Of a stretch of DNA of 64,000 nucleotides, positions 30,506 through 41,440 are shown piece by piece. A program made the translations under genes and the position numbers. Numbering within the stretch: the first letter of the stretch is position 1; the number at the start of each line of letters is the position of its first letter. This DNA comes from an uncultured Acidobacteriota bacterium. Lineage in GTDB: Bacteria; Acidobacteriota; Blastocatellia; RBC074. Under the pieces are notes generated by a model. It was given only the letters and a program-made list of their open reading frames with translations, searched no databases and was not told where the DNA came from. The stretch spans positions 96,001-160,000 of the forward strand of contig CAWCKY010000007.1 of NCBI GenBank assembly GCA_963796275.1, written 5' to 3'.

Positions 30506-30978
30506 TTACATTTGTTGCGAAACCAAAAATTCGCAGTCCGAGATAATTGGCCGTGCCCGAACCGTGGGTTGCGCCGGGCTTGGCCATGGCGAATGGCGCT
30601 TGAGCCGGATTCGCTTGGCTGCCGGCATCACCAACGTGATCGGGAGCACACACGATCCTGGTGCCAGCGCGTCCCTACTCAACTGCGACGTCCGGCGTAC
30701 AAGGCGCCACCGCCGATCTGATCCCTTCTTCGATCGGGGCCCGAATGATGATGTTTGCCCTCGCAGCTTACGCTGGCCCACCACTTGAAAGTTGCATCCG
30801 CCGTCTGTTGTGAGTTCGCACCGACAGTCGTCAAGGTCATTGGCTGGCCTTGTGGAATAACAAAGCCGGCGCCGACGTTGAAGCCGAACTTCGGCGCTCC
30901 CCTTTGCGTCTGTTGGCCAGACCCACCCACCCCTGTCAGGAATAGAAGTCCAACCAGTACTTTCAATGCGCGGTTCAT
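30506..30978 (-). pseudogene. Decayed outer-membrane beta-barrel gene
   Basis: Signal peptide plus KFGFNVGAGFVIP, followed by barrel-like fragments (ANIIIRAP, IGGGALY) spread over different frames with stops. Confidence 0.45.
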
Positions 30979-31035
30979 TTCTATTCCTCAGCAAACTAGC
31001 GAGAGCACAGGAGCTCCCGATAATTGCCGATCGAT

Positions 31036-31374
31036 TTAATCGCATGGTTTCCGTGGGCATTTACACATATCCTTGTGGCAAAATGAGCGGCAGCGGTAGT
31101 CCTCTCTCTGGGTGCCGTCCGTGTTACAGTCAGTTTTGCAGTGGCAGTTTACCTGCTCTTTGGTCGGCTTATGGTTGCAACTCTGTTCTGGACGCTTGTG
31201 CCCGGGGTTGCCCTCTTCCTGACCGGGCTCCTGACCTGGCTCTTGCGCCACAGCCATGTGGCAGCCGACATGGCTCCCCGTAGTGACGGGCCGCTTCACC
31301 AACGCGCCCCCGATGAGCATGGTGATGAGAGCGGCCAGCAGAAATCCTGCCTTCGTTCTCTTCCTCGAGATCAT
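31036..31374 (-). CDS. Small exported Cys/His-rich protein
   Basis: GGAGG RBS before ATG 31374; basic plus hydrophobic N-terminus; nine Cys in the last ~47 aa. Confidence 0.65.
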   Translation of the reverse strand: MISRKRTKAGFLLAALITMLIGGALVKRPVTTGSHVGCHMAVAQEPGQEPGQEEGNPGHKRPEQSCNHKPTKEQVNCHCKTDCNTDGTQREDYRCRSFCHKDMCKCPRKPCD

Positions 31375-31453
31375 TGGATGTACCTCCGCCGCGAACGACG
31401 CCTCCTGCGCTTCCGCCAAATTTTTTATATTGTTTTATCTCCCGGGCGGTTCG

Positions 31454-32077
31454 CTAATTGGACTTCTGCGCGACAACTTCGATGTCGTCCTGTGCCTGGG
31501 CCACCACTAAGCCGCATACGGTCGCATTGCCGTTTTCGTCGAACTTGCAGCCCCAGAGCGCGGCGGCTTGCGCATTGCATTCGCCCTTATCGAGCTCAGC
31601 CACATACCATCCTGAGCCGGCAGGCCTGCGAAGCTTGTTGCCTTCATTGTAGACCGCAATGAGTATCCCTCCACTGCCTCGGCTCGTGCCGCCCGCGCAG
31701 GTGAAGTCTTTCTCGACGTAGAGAAAGGTCATCTTGTCCGTGGGGTCATACAGAAAGTCGGTTTTCTCCGTTGTCCCGTCGGTGTCATAGTCCACCTCCT
31801 GGCTCCAGACGTAGCTCGGGTTCGACCTGTTTATGGTGAGCCGGCCTGTGCCGATAGTCGTCGCTTGCTTGGCGTTGGCCGGCGGCTTGACGTTCTTCGC
31901 TGCAGTGACGGTAGCAGCGCTCGGCTTTTGCTTGCTATCCAATCCCACCTGGCCGGTGCTCTGACCGGCGTTGACTGGCGCTATCGCATCGTGCATCGCC
32001 TTCTCATTCTTCTCCCCGTACAAAGCGAAGCTCATCGCCAGTATGCAGGAAACGCTCATCCATATTGTTTTGCTCAT
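31454..32077 (-). CDS. Exported hypothetical protein
   Basis: AAGGAG RBS, signal peptide, low-complexity linker, beta-rich domain with four Cys. Confidence 0.8.
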   Translation of the reverse strand: MSKTIWMSVSCILAMSFALYGEKNEKAMHDAIAPVNAGQSTGQVGLDSKQKPSAATVTAAKNVKPPANAKQATTIGTGRLTINRSNPSYVWSQEVDYDTDGTTEKTDFLYDPTDKMTFLYVEKDFTCAGGTSRGSGGILIAVYNEGNKLRRPAGSGWYVAELDKGECNAQAAALWGCKFDENGNATVCGLVVAQAQDDIEVVAQKSN

Positions 32078-32451
32078 CGTCTGCTCCTTTCCTGTGCCTC
32101 AAACTTTTGTAGTATTCATTACCTGTTTCCTTCTCAAGTGCCACCGCGGAAGCCCAAAGCGGCGCGCTAACTTAATCCTATCCGGCCAATGCTCTCCCTG
32201 AATTAACATTCATGCCGCCCGGCACCCGCCTGGACTCATCGGCGCCAGGCTATATACGTCCCCGGATTTTGACTCCTCGGAACTATAGCCCGCTCCTCCA
32301 ACATCAAGCTGAGGCTAGCGTCAAATGACCGCGCCCATTTAAGCAATGCACGAGTGCTCTTTGCTATCTCACTGACAAATCGGCTCGCTCGCCGCTTGAG
32401 TGAGTAGTGAGCAGATGTACGGTCAAGAGGAAGATGGCAGATAGAATTAGA

Positions 32452-32466
32452 GCAATTCGTACGCCA
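32452..32466 (-). promoter_or_regulatory. Sigma54 promoter
   Basis: TGGCGTA-CGAA-TTGC on the minus strand, ~375 nt upstream of 32077. Confidence 0.6.
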
Positions 32467-32653
32467 CGACGCTGTAGCAATGGAGAGTCTGGGATAATGC
32501 GTTTACAGGCCTAGCGATTGACCGGAGACGGTCCTGATTCCATGGCTGTTGATCGCCTCGGTAATGATTGACGGAAGTTGCGTTATGTCAAGGAAGCTTC
32601 GAAATATGCCAGGGCATGAGGCATGGGCAGAGGGATCAGTGGGCCCAGCTACA

Positions 32654-33679
32654 TCAATGATCGGCGTAGTAGCCTTCTCTCGTGCGGACGACCAGTCGAG
32701 GCAACTCGGGCGGAGAATTGACGCGCACCTTGATCTTACGCCACTTGCCATCGCGGCTGAAGTTGGCCGGGATATAGCCGATGCTGTATTGCCTGCGTAA
32801 CTCCAATGCGATGCGCACCACAGCCTCCTCCAACTCTCCATTGAGACGCGGGAAGAAGGCTTTCCCTCCGGTCATCTTGGCGAGGTCGGTGAGAAGCATT
32901 CGCCCCTCTTCATCGATATGGTCGCCGAACGCACCGTAGCGGTTCACAATGCCGATACAGTAGACCGTGACGTCAGACTCTTTCAACAGCGAACGCAGAT
33001 CCTTGAACGAATAGCGTGAGGAGTTATCCTCCCCGTCGGAGATGATTAACAGCGCACGCTTCTTGTAGCGGCCCTGATTAACGCTCTCAACTCCGAAATA
33101 GGCAGCGTCGTAGAGCGCAGTGGAGCCGCCGGCCTCGATCTTGGAGAGTACGCGCACGGCAGTCTCGCCGTCGGTTGACTTGGCGATCAAGTAGGCGCGG
33201 TAATCGAAGGGAAGGAGAAAGAAGTCGTCGCTGCGGTGGCTCGTCTCGATAAATGCTTTGAGCGCCTCGCGCGCCCGGTCGATCTTGTCGCTCATGCTCG
33301 ATGATGTATCGAAGACGATGCCGATGCTTGCCGGCGCATCGATGTTGTTGAAGAATTCGATCTTCTGCATGACCTTGTCTTCGTAGATTTCGAAGTGCCG
33401 AGCGTCAAGACCGGGCACCGGATTGTGCTGCTTATCAGTGACGGTTACGTTAAGAGTGACGAGCTCAGTATGCATTCGGGCGACTGTCTCACCCACCGCC
33501 CCGTTCCCTTGAGCCGTGCTTTGAGTTGAAATGCTCTCCGATTTGACTCCGTCTTGCCCCGTTTGCGGATTAGGCGGATCGGGCCAGGTCTGTTGCGTGT
33601 GGGCCACCAATAGGCCGGGAATCAGGAAAAGAAACATGATCATCGCAAAAAGCGAACGCAGAGGTTTGGACATTGGCAT
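32654..33679 (-). CDS. Acidobacterial-type VWA domain protein
   Basis: LVTLNVTVTDK, MIDAS DTSSSM, TALYDA, IISDGEDNSS, ELRRQYSIGY. Confidence 0.92.
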   Translation of the reverse strand: MPMSKPLRSLFAMIMFLFLIPGLLVAHTQQTWPDPPNPQTGQDGVKSESISTQSTAQGNGAVGETVARMHTELVTLNVTVTDKQHNPVPGLDARHFEIYEDKVMQKIEFFNNIDAPASIGIVFDTSSSMSDKIDRAREALKAFIETSHRSDDFFLLPFDYRAYLIAKSTDGETAVRVLSKIEAGGSTALYDAAYFGVESVNQGRYKKRALLIISDGEDNSSRYSFKDLRSLLKESDVTVYCIGIVNRYGAFGDHIDEEGRMLLTDLAKMTGGKAFFPRLNGELEEAVVRIALELRRQYSIGYIPANFSRDGKWRKIKVRVNSPPELPRLVVRTREGYYADH

Positions 33680-33740
33680 TTCCTCCTATTTTGGCTCGTA
33701 GGAAGACCATTGTTGACCGGTGGATAGATTGACAATTCAC

Positions 33741-33755
33741 GCAAGCTCCGCACCA
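33741..33755 (-). promoter_or_regulatory. Sigma54 promoter
   Basis: TGGTGCG-GAGC-TTGC, 62 nt upstream of the VWA start. Confidence 0.65.
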
Positions 33756-34257
33756 CAACTCGCGTGGACCAGGGCTTTCGACTAAATGCTTAAGGGTATA
33801 AAACTTGCGGCGTCTGAGCGGAAGGCTGGGGAGAAATCAGCAAGCGACCTCAGCTAAAACAATTTTACGGAAACCGCGAGATAACAACGAATCGTTGAAC
33901 GATCGCTGAGAGGAAAATTCCGAAGGGAGTGCTTAATACGCGCTTCGGAATTTTCCTGCAAAAACTTGAAATTCTCACGGTTTTTCGGACAACCTGAGGC
34001 CGCATCGCTGCAGATCATTTCTTGGCATAGGCTTTGGCAGCAGCAGGAGAATCTCGGGATGCAGGCGCACTTTGTCCAAATCACTCCAGGATAATCAGAC
34101 GCGATGCTAATACCGGGCATCGGACATGGCATGAAACGCAACAGCGAGTGCGCTGTTGTGTATCCTTATCCTTAAGCGCCCTCTCATCATCCGAGCCTGA
34201 CGACAAGACCGGCACTCGCGACAAAATTGTTGCCGTGTGCATTTTTATGTTCAAAAT

Positions 34258-34467
34258 TTACTTCCTTCCTCGCGTCGACTCGATCGATGCCGGATCACTA
34301 CTACTATTAGCGTGCAGGATAATAAAACGATGATTGCAAACTCGGCATGAATATTTCTCATTCTCCCGTAGACCGAAGATTAACCAAGCTTGTCCGCATT
34401 GCGGGCAAGTTTGGAAGAGCTGCTTCAAAGATTCTTCAAATTGCTGGGTCTTGTTTTTCTTATCCAT
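34258..34467 (-). CDS. Small zinc-ribbon protein (69 aa)
   Basis: GGAGA RBS before ATG 34467; CPQC-x16-CRVC. Confidence 0.55.
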   Translation of the reverse strand: MDKKNKTQQFEESLKQLFQTCPQCGQAWLIFGLRENEKYSCRVCNHRFIILHANSSSDPASIESTRGRK

Positions 34468-34964
34468 AGTCTTTCTCCATACATGCGCGCGGCGCATTAC
34501 CAATTCAGAAATCTCTCTATTTACTGAGTACAATCTGCGTGCCATATCTGACGATACTACAGCCGACAAAGCCTTTTTGGCCGAGCGCTCACTGAGAGTT
34601 CCCGCGTCCTGCTGGCCCATCAATTGTTTTTTTGTGGCATTGTGGGACACGGCATTGGAGAAATGCTACAGTCCATTTGTCAGACTGTTCGACTGATGAT
34701 TTCATATCCAAAGCATGTGCTGAAGAGCAACTGAAATAATAGGTCCATCCGGATGGCTGCGTTTTTAGGAATCACCACGAGTTTGGATACCATATTGATG
34801 TTCGATCACGGATTCGTTTGTGAGATGAACGTTCGCGCCGATATGGTGATATGCAACACCTCAGCTTGGCTTGCTCATACTTGCTGATTAAAGAATGTCG
34901 GTTCGTGCACAGATCATGTGGGAGCCGAGCCGCCTCTTACATAGAGTTTCAAAATACATTTCGG

Positions 34965-34978
34965 GGCACGATGATTGC
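34965..34978 (+). promoter_or_regulatory. Sigma54 promoter
   Basis: GGCACG-ATGA-TTGC; a second match TGGATAG-CATA-TTGC lies at 35004-35018. Confidence 0.7.
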
Positions 34979-35059
34979 ACCGCTACGATATTGGATACTA
35001 TATTGGATAGCATATTGCACCGATTGCAGGATGCGAGACGTTTACGCCTAACAGGGGAG

Positions 35060-36421
35060 ATGATGAGGAGAGTTTTTTGGACAGGTTTACTGATCTGCCT
35101 GGTGATCTTGATCATGGCCGGCATCGCGCTCGCGTATACAGGAGAAGGAAATGCGCATGGAATCGATCCGATCGTGATAGGTGGGTTGGCAGTCTTCCTG
35201 TTGATTGCCAAGCTGGGAGGCGAATTTTTCGAAAGGATCAAACAGCCTGCCGTGCTCGGCGAGCTCTTGGGCGGGATCATCATTGGTAATCTCACGATCG
35301 TCGGTTTTATGGGATTTGAGTCGCTCAAGACCAATGCGGTGATCAGCGCTCTGGCTGAGATTGGTGTGATCATACTTCTCTTCGAAGTCGGATTAGAATC
35401 AAACATTGGTGAGATGCTCGAGGTCGGCTGGTCATCACTTTTGGTTGCACTCGCAGGCGTTATAGCCCCTTTCTTTCTCGGTTGGGGTATCGCCGCTTAT
35501 TTCCTACCGGGAGAAGGAACGCTAGCTCATCTCTTCATCGGCGCGACGCTGTGCGCGACGAGCGTCGGGATCACGGCACGCGTGCTCAAAGATATTGGCA
35601 AATTACAGGCGCGCGAATCGCGTATTATTCTGGGAGCAGCAGTGATCGATGATGTGTTGGGACTTTTGATCCTGGCTGTCGTAGCCGGTGCCATCAACGC
35701 TGCCAACACCGGAACGGAGCTGTCGCTGGCTGGTATTGCGCTAATCACCGTCAAAGCGATTGTCTTTCTGGTAGGCGCAGTTGCTGCCGGGCGATATCTC
35801 ATGCCGCATCTGTTTCATCAAGCGGGCAAGTTGGAAGTGCGCGGAGTGCTGTTGGCGCTGGCATTCTCATTCTGTTTTCTATTGGCTTGGTTGGCCGCGG
35901 AGGTCGGGTTAGCGCCGATAATCGGCGCTTTTGCCGCCGGAATGGTGCTGGATGATTCCCACTACGAATCCTTCCGCACAAAGGGAGAGAGGAGCCTCGA
36001 AGAACTGATTCAGCCCGTGAGCGCACTGCTGGTCCCGGTCTTCTTCGTTCTGATGGGGTTGAAGGTCGATCTGCGGGCGTTCGTGCAGCCGGGGCTGCTC
36101 ATGTTCGCCGTCACGCTAACGATCGCCGCCATCATAGGCAAGCAGGTTTGCTCACTGGCCGTTGTCGACAAGGATGTGAGCCGTCTCGCCGTCGGATTTG
36201 GCATGGTGCCGCGCGGCGAGGTTGGATTGATATTTGCCGGGATAGGCGCATCCATGATGCTGCGCAACGCACAGGGCGTCGATGAACCGGTCATCAATGT
36301 GGCGACCTTCGGTGTGGTTGTCTTCATGGTTGTCGTTACGACATTGCTGACGCCGCCCGCGCTCAAATGGGCGATGGCGAATAATGGCCGGACGGCCGAG
36401 CGGAGAAGAGGAGTGGTCTAG
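35060..36421 (+). CDS. Cation:proton antiporter (NapA-like CPA2)
   Basis: QPAVLGEL, LFEVGLES, ATSVGITARVL, AAVIDDV, PRGEV. Start moved to the ATG after GGGGAG. Confidence 0.92.
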   Translation: MMRRVFWTGLLICLVILIMAGIALAYTGEGNAHGIDPIVIGGLAVFLLIAKLGGEFFERIKQPAVLGELLGGIIIGNLTIVGFMGFESLKTNAVISALAEIGVIILLFEVGLESNIGEMLEVGWSSLLVALAGVIAPFFLGWGIAAYFLPGEGTLAHLFIGATLCATSVGITARVLKDIGKLQARESRIILGAAVIDDVLGLLILAVVAGAINAANTGTELSLAGIALITVKAIVFLVGAVAAGRYLMPHLFHQAGKLEVRGVLLALAFSFCFLLAWLAAEVGLAPIIGAFAAGMVLDDSHYESFRTKGERSLEELIQPVSALLVPVFFVLMGLKVDLRAFVQPGLLMFAVTLTIAAIIGKQVCSLAVVDKDVSRLAVGFGMVPRGEVGLIFAGIGASMMLRNAQGVDEPVINVATFGVVVFMVVVTTLLTPPALKWAMANNGRTAERRRGVV

Positions 36422-36593
36422 CTCTTCGCTCAGTAAGGAGAGATAGCCTTTTCCCGAGATGCTTCTCAGGCGACTAGATTCCCAGGGTAAAGGAGGCCTG
36501 TCAGGATATTACCGATATCCATGCCGGAACGGGCAGCGCTGGGAAGTAATCTGCAATCAGACTGCCCGCCCCCCGCCCATCATTTCGGCGGCT

Positions 36594-37421
36594 TTATCGA
36601 GTTTCATTACGCGGAACTTTGACCGGTTCGCGCGGGATGGAGATCGGAATCTCAGCCTTCTCTTTGTCCTTCGATCCGGTCAGCGCTTCGAAAAGCTGAA
36701 TCGGAATGGGAAAAACGACCGTTGTGTTCTGCTCAACGCCGATCTCCGTCAGCGTCTGGAGATATCGCAATTGAATGGCGACTGGCTCGGTGGCAATTGC
36801 GTTGGCTGCGCCGACCAGCTTTTCGGCGGCCTGATACTCGCCTTCGGCATGAATTATCTTGGCGCGTTTCTCCCGCTCGGCTTCCGCTTGTTTAGACATC
36901 GCGCGGCGCATCTCCTGCGGCAGGTCCACCGCTTTGATCTCGACCAGCGATACCTTGATGCCCCAGCGATCGGTCTGCTTGTCAAGAATGTCCTGCAACC
37001 GTGCATTGAGTTTCTCGCGTTCGGAGAGCAGTTCATCCAGCTCAACCTCGCCCAGGACTGAACGCAGCGTTGTCTGCGAGAGCTGTGAAGTGGCGTAGAG
37101 ATAGTTCTCGACCTCTACGATGGCGAGTCGCGGCTCGATCACTCGAAAGTAGACCACCGCGTTGACCGAGACCGTGACGTTATCGCGCGTGATGACATCC
37201 TGCGGAGGCACGTCCATCGTCACCGTTCGCAGACTGACGCGCACCATCCTGTCGATCGGATAAAAGACCAGTGCGATTCCCGGCCCTTTGGCTTTCGATA
37301 GCAGCCGCCCCAGACGGAAGATCACACCTCGCTCATATTCCGGAAGAATCCTGATCGAGTTGAATAGGTAGAGAACGAGCAGCCCAATAACGACAAGCGG
37401 AAATGAAAGAAATTCCAACAT
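36594..37421 (-). CDS. Slipin / SPFH (stomatin-like) protein
   Basis: [49 protein letters not shown]. Confidence 0.95.
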   Translation of the reverse strand: MLEFLSFPLVVIGLLVLYLFNSIRILPEYERGVIFRLGRLLSKAKGPGIALVFYPIDRMVRVSLRTVTMDVPPQDVITRDNVTVSVNAVVYFRVIEPRLAIVEVENYLYATSQLSQTTLRSVLGEVELDELLSEREKLNARLQDILDKQTDRWGIKVSLVEIKAVDLPQEMRRAMSKQAEAEREKRAKIIHAEGEYQAAEKLVGAANAIATEPVAIQLRYLQTLTEIGVEQNTTVVFPIPIQLFEALTGSKDKEKAEIPISIPREPVKVPRNETR

Positions 37422-37481
37422 TAGTCATCACCTCCAACGACATGACGCAGGTTGTCCCTGCGGCGGGTTCCCAAAGATGCT

Positions 37482-37826
37482 TCATAACATCTCGCGATCT
37501 GCAATGGCGGACACCGGCCTTGGTATGACGGCCTTGCCGGGGCACGGTTCGATCTCAAGCGTCAATCCGTCAATTCCGATGACACACACTGTTTCGCCTT
37601 CCTCAATCTTCGCGCGCGCATACGCCCACCAGTATTCACCCTGCACACTCACTCGGCCTTCCGGCGCAACTTCGGTCACCGCCTTACCTTTCAAACCGAT
37701 CATCCTCGACGTGCCCGTCTCAATGCCGGTTCGATGCGAACTGATGACCAGTCTGATCAGGAATGCCAGAATGACCGCATTGGCGGTGATGAGCCCCAGA
37801 ATAAAACTGAGAGCGAAATTCGACAT
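37482..37826 (-). CDS. Short NfeD-like protein (TM helix + OB fold)
   Basis: MIGLKGKAVT..PEGRVSVQGEYWWA..IDGLTLEI; lies upstream of the slipin gene. Confidence 0.85.
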   Translation of the reverse strand: MSNFALSFILGLITANAVILAFLIRLVISSHRTGIETGTSRMIGLKGKAVTEVAPEGRVSVQGEYWWAYARAKIEEGETVCVIGIDGLTLEIEPCPGKAVIPRPVSAIADREML

Positions 37827-38024
37827 CGCGTTAGTTACCTCAGATTCAAATTGGTTGTTCTCAGCACATCATCCCATGCCATTAGTTATTACGATACATG
37901 TTAATGTATGTTCATACAAATTTTGTTAAAATATACATTCATGATCTTTTTAACTGATGGAGTGAGGGTGCCGAGCTCCGGTGTTGTCGATTGGAGTGGT
38001 AGCGATAAGAGAGGAGGCGTTGAA

Positions 38025-39031
38025 ATGCCGAGGAGAAGAGATGCCGACGAGAGGTTGCACCAGGTCTTGAAAGTGGCCTACCTGTTTTACGAGAAGGAGC
38101 TGACCAAGACCGAGATCTCGCACGAGATTCGCGCTTCCGCCACGCAAGTGATCAGGCTGCTCGAAGAGGCGCGCGAACGGGGATTCGTACAGATCGAATT
38201 CAATCCGCCGCGGCTCCATCGACTGGGAGAGGAGTTGAAGAAGAGATATGACTGGCTTGAGGAGGCCATAGTAATCACTTATGCCGATGATCTGGCCTTT
38301 CTGCGGCGCTTGCTCGGCAAGGCTGCGGCCAATACTTCGAAGCTGCCGTACCGGATGGAGCGAAAGTAGCTCTTGGCGGCGGCGACACGATGTATGAGAT
38401 GGTCATGGCGCTGCCGCAGAAAGAGCGAAACGTCTTCCTCGTGCCTGCGGCGATCATCGATTCCGGCCCGGTTCTCACACATATCGATCCCACTGTGCTT
38501 TTGACTCTCCTCTGGGTCAGGAGCGGCAGGCTGCCTGGCCAGGCTCACTTCGCCACCGGGCTGCCACTGAACAGGCCACTCTCGCGACAGAAGCTCAAAG
38601 ATGAATATGAAGTTTTCTCCCGCAGAAAGGCGGTCCAAGTGGTCCTCGCTGAGATGAAGCGGGCCGATTTTATGTTTGCCAGTCTAGGATGTCTGAAGGC
38701 TGATCCGGGCTACGAGAAGTTATCTCCACGCCCGCATAAGTACTTGCTCGAACACCTGAGATTGACAGAGGCAGCGCTGGCGCGGGAAAGGGTAGTCGGC
38801 GACATCAACTACTCATTCTTCGATGAGGAGGGAGGAACATCTCCTGCATGGAATGTCTTTCCATCACTCGGAGTGGATGAGCTCAAGAAAATGGTTAAGG
38901 TTAAGAAGAGGATAGTGGTAGTGGTGGGGAGATACAAGCTTCCGGCATTGAAGGCAGCGCTCAGGGGCAGATTGTTCAATGTACTCGTTACGGATGAGAT
39001 AGCGGCGAAAGAACTTCTCAATACTGAGTGA
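38025..39031 (+). pseudogene. SorC/DeoR/CggR-type sugar-binding regulator split by a frameshift at ~38331
   Basis: HTH (KVAYLFYEKELTKTEI..RLLEEARERGFVQI). One extra base at 38331 restores AAxYFEAAVPDGAKVALGGGDTM..VGDI..AALRG..NVLVTD. Confidence 0.8.
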
Positions 39032-39314
39032 GCTTATTATCTGGATCGGTGCGCATCTTCAAGTCGATTGCGGCCGTTCTTCAAACTGTGTTCTTGAAGT
39101 TTGTCCACTCAAACGGGGGCATTACGTGTGCCGTGGATAAAATCCTGAGCGGATAATGCCAACCCGGATTATTGGAGAAATTACTGAGGTTTGAGCGGAA
39201 AAATGCGCGATAGACCGAGAATTTAGGGAACATACCTTGCGACAAAACGACATCCTGGCGGCCATCCCTAGCCTATTTACGTTATTTGATAACCCACCAC
39301 CTTCAACCGCTGTC

Positions 39315-39329
39315 TGGCATCAAGGTTGC
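39315..39329 (+). promoter_or_regulatory. Sigma54 promoter
   Basis: TGGCATC-AAGG-TTGC, 65 nt upstream of the USP gene. Confidence 0.8.
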
Positions 39330-39393
39330 CTATTCAGATGTTTGTTTGTAATGCGTAAATTCCTGGTGTCGAGGCATATATAAAGGAGGAGGT

Positions 39394-39855
39394 ATGAAAA
39401 TCCTTTTGGCAACCGATGGCTCCGATTACAGCAAAGCTGCAGTGAAGGCAGTCGCAGATCGACCGTGGCCCGAAGGCAGCGAAGTCAGGATAATTTCCGC
39501 TATGGCAGACCTATACGTGCCCACGACCGAGGGATGGGTGCTGCCCGACAGCTACTACGATGACATGGAGCAGGCGGCGAGGGGACAGGCGGAGGCTGCG
39601 ATAAGAGATGCGGCCGAACAGATCAGGTCAGGTAAGACTGCCGGGCTGCAGATCGCCAGTGAGATCAGGAGCGGCTCAGCCAGAGATGTCATTCTGGACG
39701 AAGCTGATAAGTGGGACGCTGATTTGATCGTTCTCGGCTCCCACGGTTACGGCGGTTTGCGGCGGTTTCTGCTCGGTTCTGTCTCGCACGCCGTCGCCAC
39801 TCACGCACATTGCTCGGTCGAGATCGTACGCCAAAAAGGTGCTGGAGAAAATTAA
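39394..39855 (+). CDS. Universal stress protein (UspA family)
   Basis: MKILLATDGS..DLIVLGSHG..LLGSVS..HAHCSVEIVR. Confidence 0.95.
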   Translation: MKILLATDGSDYSKAAVKAVADRPWPEGSEVRIISAMADLYVPTTEGWVLPDSYYDDMEQAARGQAEAAIRDAAEQIRSGKTAGLQIASEIRSGSARDVILDEADKWDADLIVLGSHGYGGLRRFLLGSVSHAVATHAHCSVEIVRQKGAGEN

Positions 39856-40047
39856 ATGAGTACGGGGCAGATGTGAGAGAAGACCGCAAAGCAATGGCAA
39901 AGGGTTCACCGCACCGAGGCAGCGTGTGGGAAGTCAGAGTAGCCATAGGTGATTTGAGAAAGTAAATTTGGGCCGAATTTATACATGCCTTATGCCAGAC
40001 TTTTGTTGAACAAACCCAGGGTCTAATTGCTGCTTATAAGTTTACGA

Positions 40048-40686
40048 CTAACCCGACACGAGGCGATGTCTGATCGCGAATTGGATCAGCTCGGCGTTGG
40101 TTTTAAGCCGCAGCCGTTCCATAAGACTGTATTTATGAAAGGCGACTGTGTGGAGGGTGATGTCAAGGATTGCAGCGACCTCTTTCATCGATTTTCCCTC
40201 CGCCAGCAACTGGAGAACTTCTCTTTGACGCGTTGTCGGTTTAATACGTTTCGTCCGGCGTTTGGCGGCCGTGATGAAAGACTCGACCATGCCTTCCGTC
40301 ACCAGCGGCGTCACGTAATATCTGCCATTGACCCCCTCTCGGATCGCATACGGCAATTCCCTAGCAGATGAGTTCTTGAGGATATAGCCCGAGGCCCCGA
40401 GACGAAATGCCTCAGCGGCGAGCTCCGGGTCTTGATCCATCGTCAAATAGATCAATTTGACCGACGGCGATGACTTCTTGATTTGTTTGCCGGCGTCCAA
40501 TCCGTTGAGCAGCGGCATTGAGATGTCGAGCACGATAACGTCAGGTTTGAGTTCGATTGCGGCTGCAAGCAGAGCGCGCCCATCGGCCACCGTTCCGACT
40601 ACGTCGAATTCGGGTTCGAGTAATCGTTTGAAGGCTTCTAAAATAAGGATGTGGTCATCTGCAATTAAAATACGCGTGCGTTTCAT
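40048..40686 (-). CDS. NarL/FixJ-family response regulator; paralogue of 19870-20511
   Basis: ADDH, LDISMP, RQREVLQLLAEG, TVAFHKY. Confidence 0.93.
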   Translation of the reverse strand: MKRTRILIADDHILILEAFKRLLEPEFDVVGTVADGRALLAAAIELKPDVIVLDISMPLLNGLDAGKQIKKSSPSVKLIYLTMDQDPELAAEAFRLGASGYILKNSSARELPYAIREGVNGRYYVTPLVTEGMVESFITAAKRRTKRIKPTTRQREVLQLLAEGKSMKEVAAILDITLHTVAFHKYSLMERLRLKTNAELIQFAIRHRLVSG

Positions 40687-40747
40687 TTTATCCTCCAGGG
40701 AATGAGAATCAGTTTATAGGTTTATCTCCTATTGAGAGAACAGGTGG

Positions 40748-41440
40748 TCAGCAGTCTTGAGTGGTCAGAGGGATATGCACATCTATCTGTGTCCCGCGCG
40801 ACAATTCCGAGCTGATCGAAATCTCGCCGCCCACCAGACGCAATCTCTCCTGCATACTGATAAAACCCAGCCCACCTCTCATTTTGACAGAATCGGTATC
40901 AAAGCCTGCACCTTGATCAGCAATGCGCAATTGAATTGCCTGCGCGGTGCCCGTCAATTCCACCCGCGCCTCCTGCGCGCCGCTATGCTTTATCACGTTA
41001 CTCAGTCCCTCCTGCACGATGCGAAAGAGGCACAGCTCGACATCTTTGGAAAGCGATGCCGGAATGTCGCGAGCGCTGAATTTCACGCATAATTGCTGAT
41101 ACGTTGAAACTTCATTGCAGAGCCCTCTGATAGCCGCTACCAGCCCGAGCGTGTCGAGCTTGGACGGATGGAGTTGGTAAGCGATACGGTGGATAGCTGT
41201 CGATATCGATCGGATACTATTCCTCAGAGTTTGCGCCCACTGGCGGAGTTCATCGGCAGAACCAGGAGGCTGTCGCCCGAGCTGCTCAAGTTCGAGTGAG
41301 AGAAGTGCCAGCCGCTGATTCAAGTCATCGTGCAACTCTCGCGCGATGCGGGAGCGTTCCTTCTCCTGGGCCTCGATCAGCCGCCTGCTCAATTCCAACA
41401 TTCTCTCTTCCGTTAATTTCTTTGATGTTTCGGTGATCAT
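40748..41440 (-). CDS. NarX-type histidine kinase core (HisKA_3 + HATPase), no sensor domain
   Basis: QEKERSRIARELHDD, QEGLSNVIKHS, DQGAGF, GLGFISMQER. Confidence 0.9.
   Translation of the reverse strand: MITETSKKLTEERMLELSRRLIEAQEKERSRIARELHDDLNQRLALLSLELEQLGRQPPGSADELRQWAQTLRNSIRSISTAIHRIAYQLHPSKLDTLGLVAAIRGLCNEVSTYQQLCVKFSARDIPASLSKDVELCLFRIVQEGLSNVIKHSGAQEARVELTGTAQAIQLRIADQGAGFDTDSVKMRGGLGFISMQERLRLVGGEISISSELSRGTQIDVHIPLTTQDC

Noticed and set aside
30506-31060. 184-aa ORF as an intact gene
   Set aside because: Composition is not protein-like; better explained as a frame of a decayed barrel gene.
34895-35059. N-terminal extension of the antiporter (TILDTILDSIL)
   Set aside because: It translates a 12-bp promoter-region repeat and overlaps sigma54 boxes; the RBS points to 35060.
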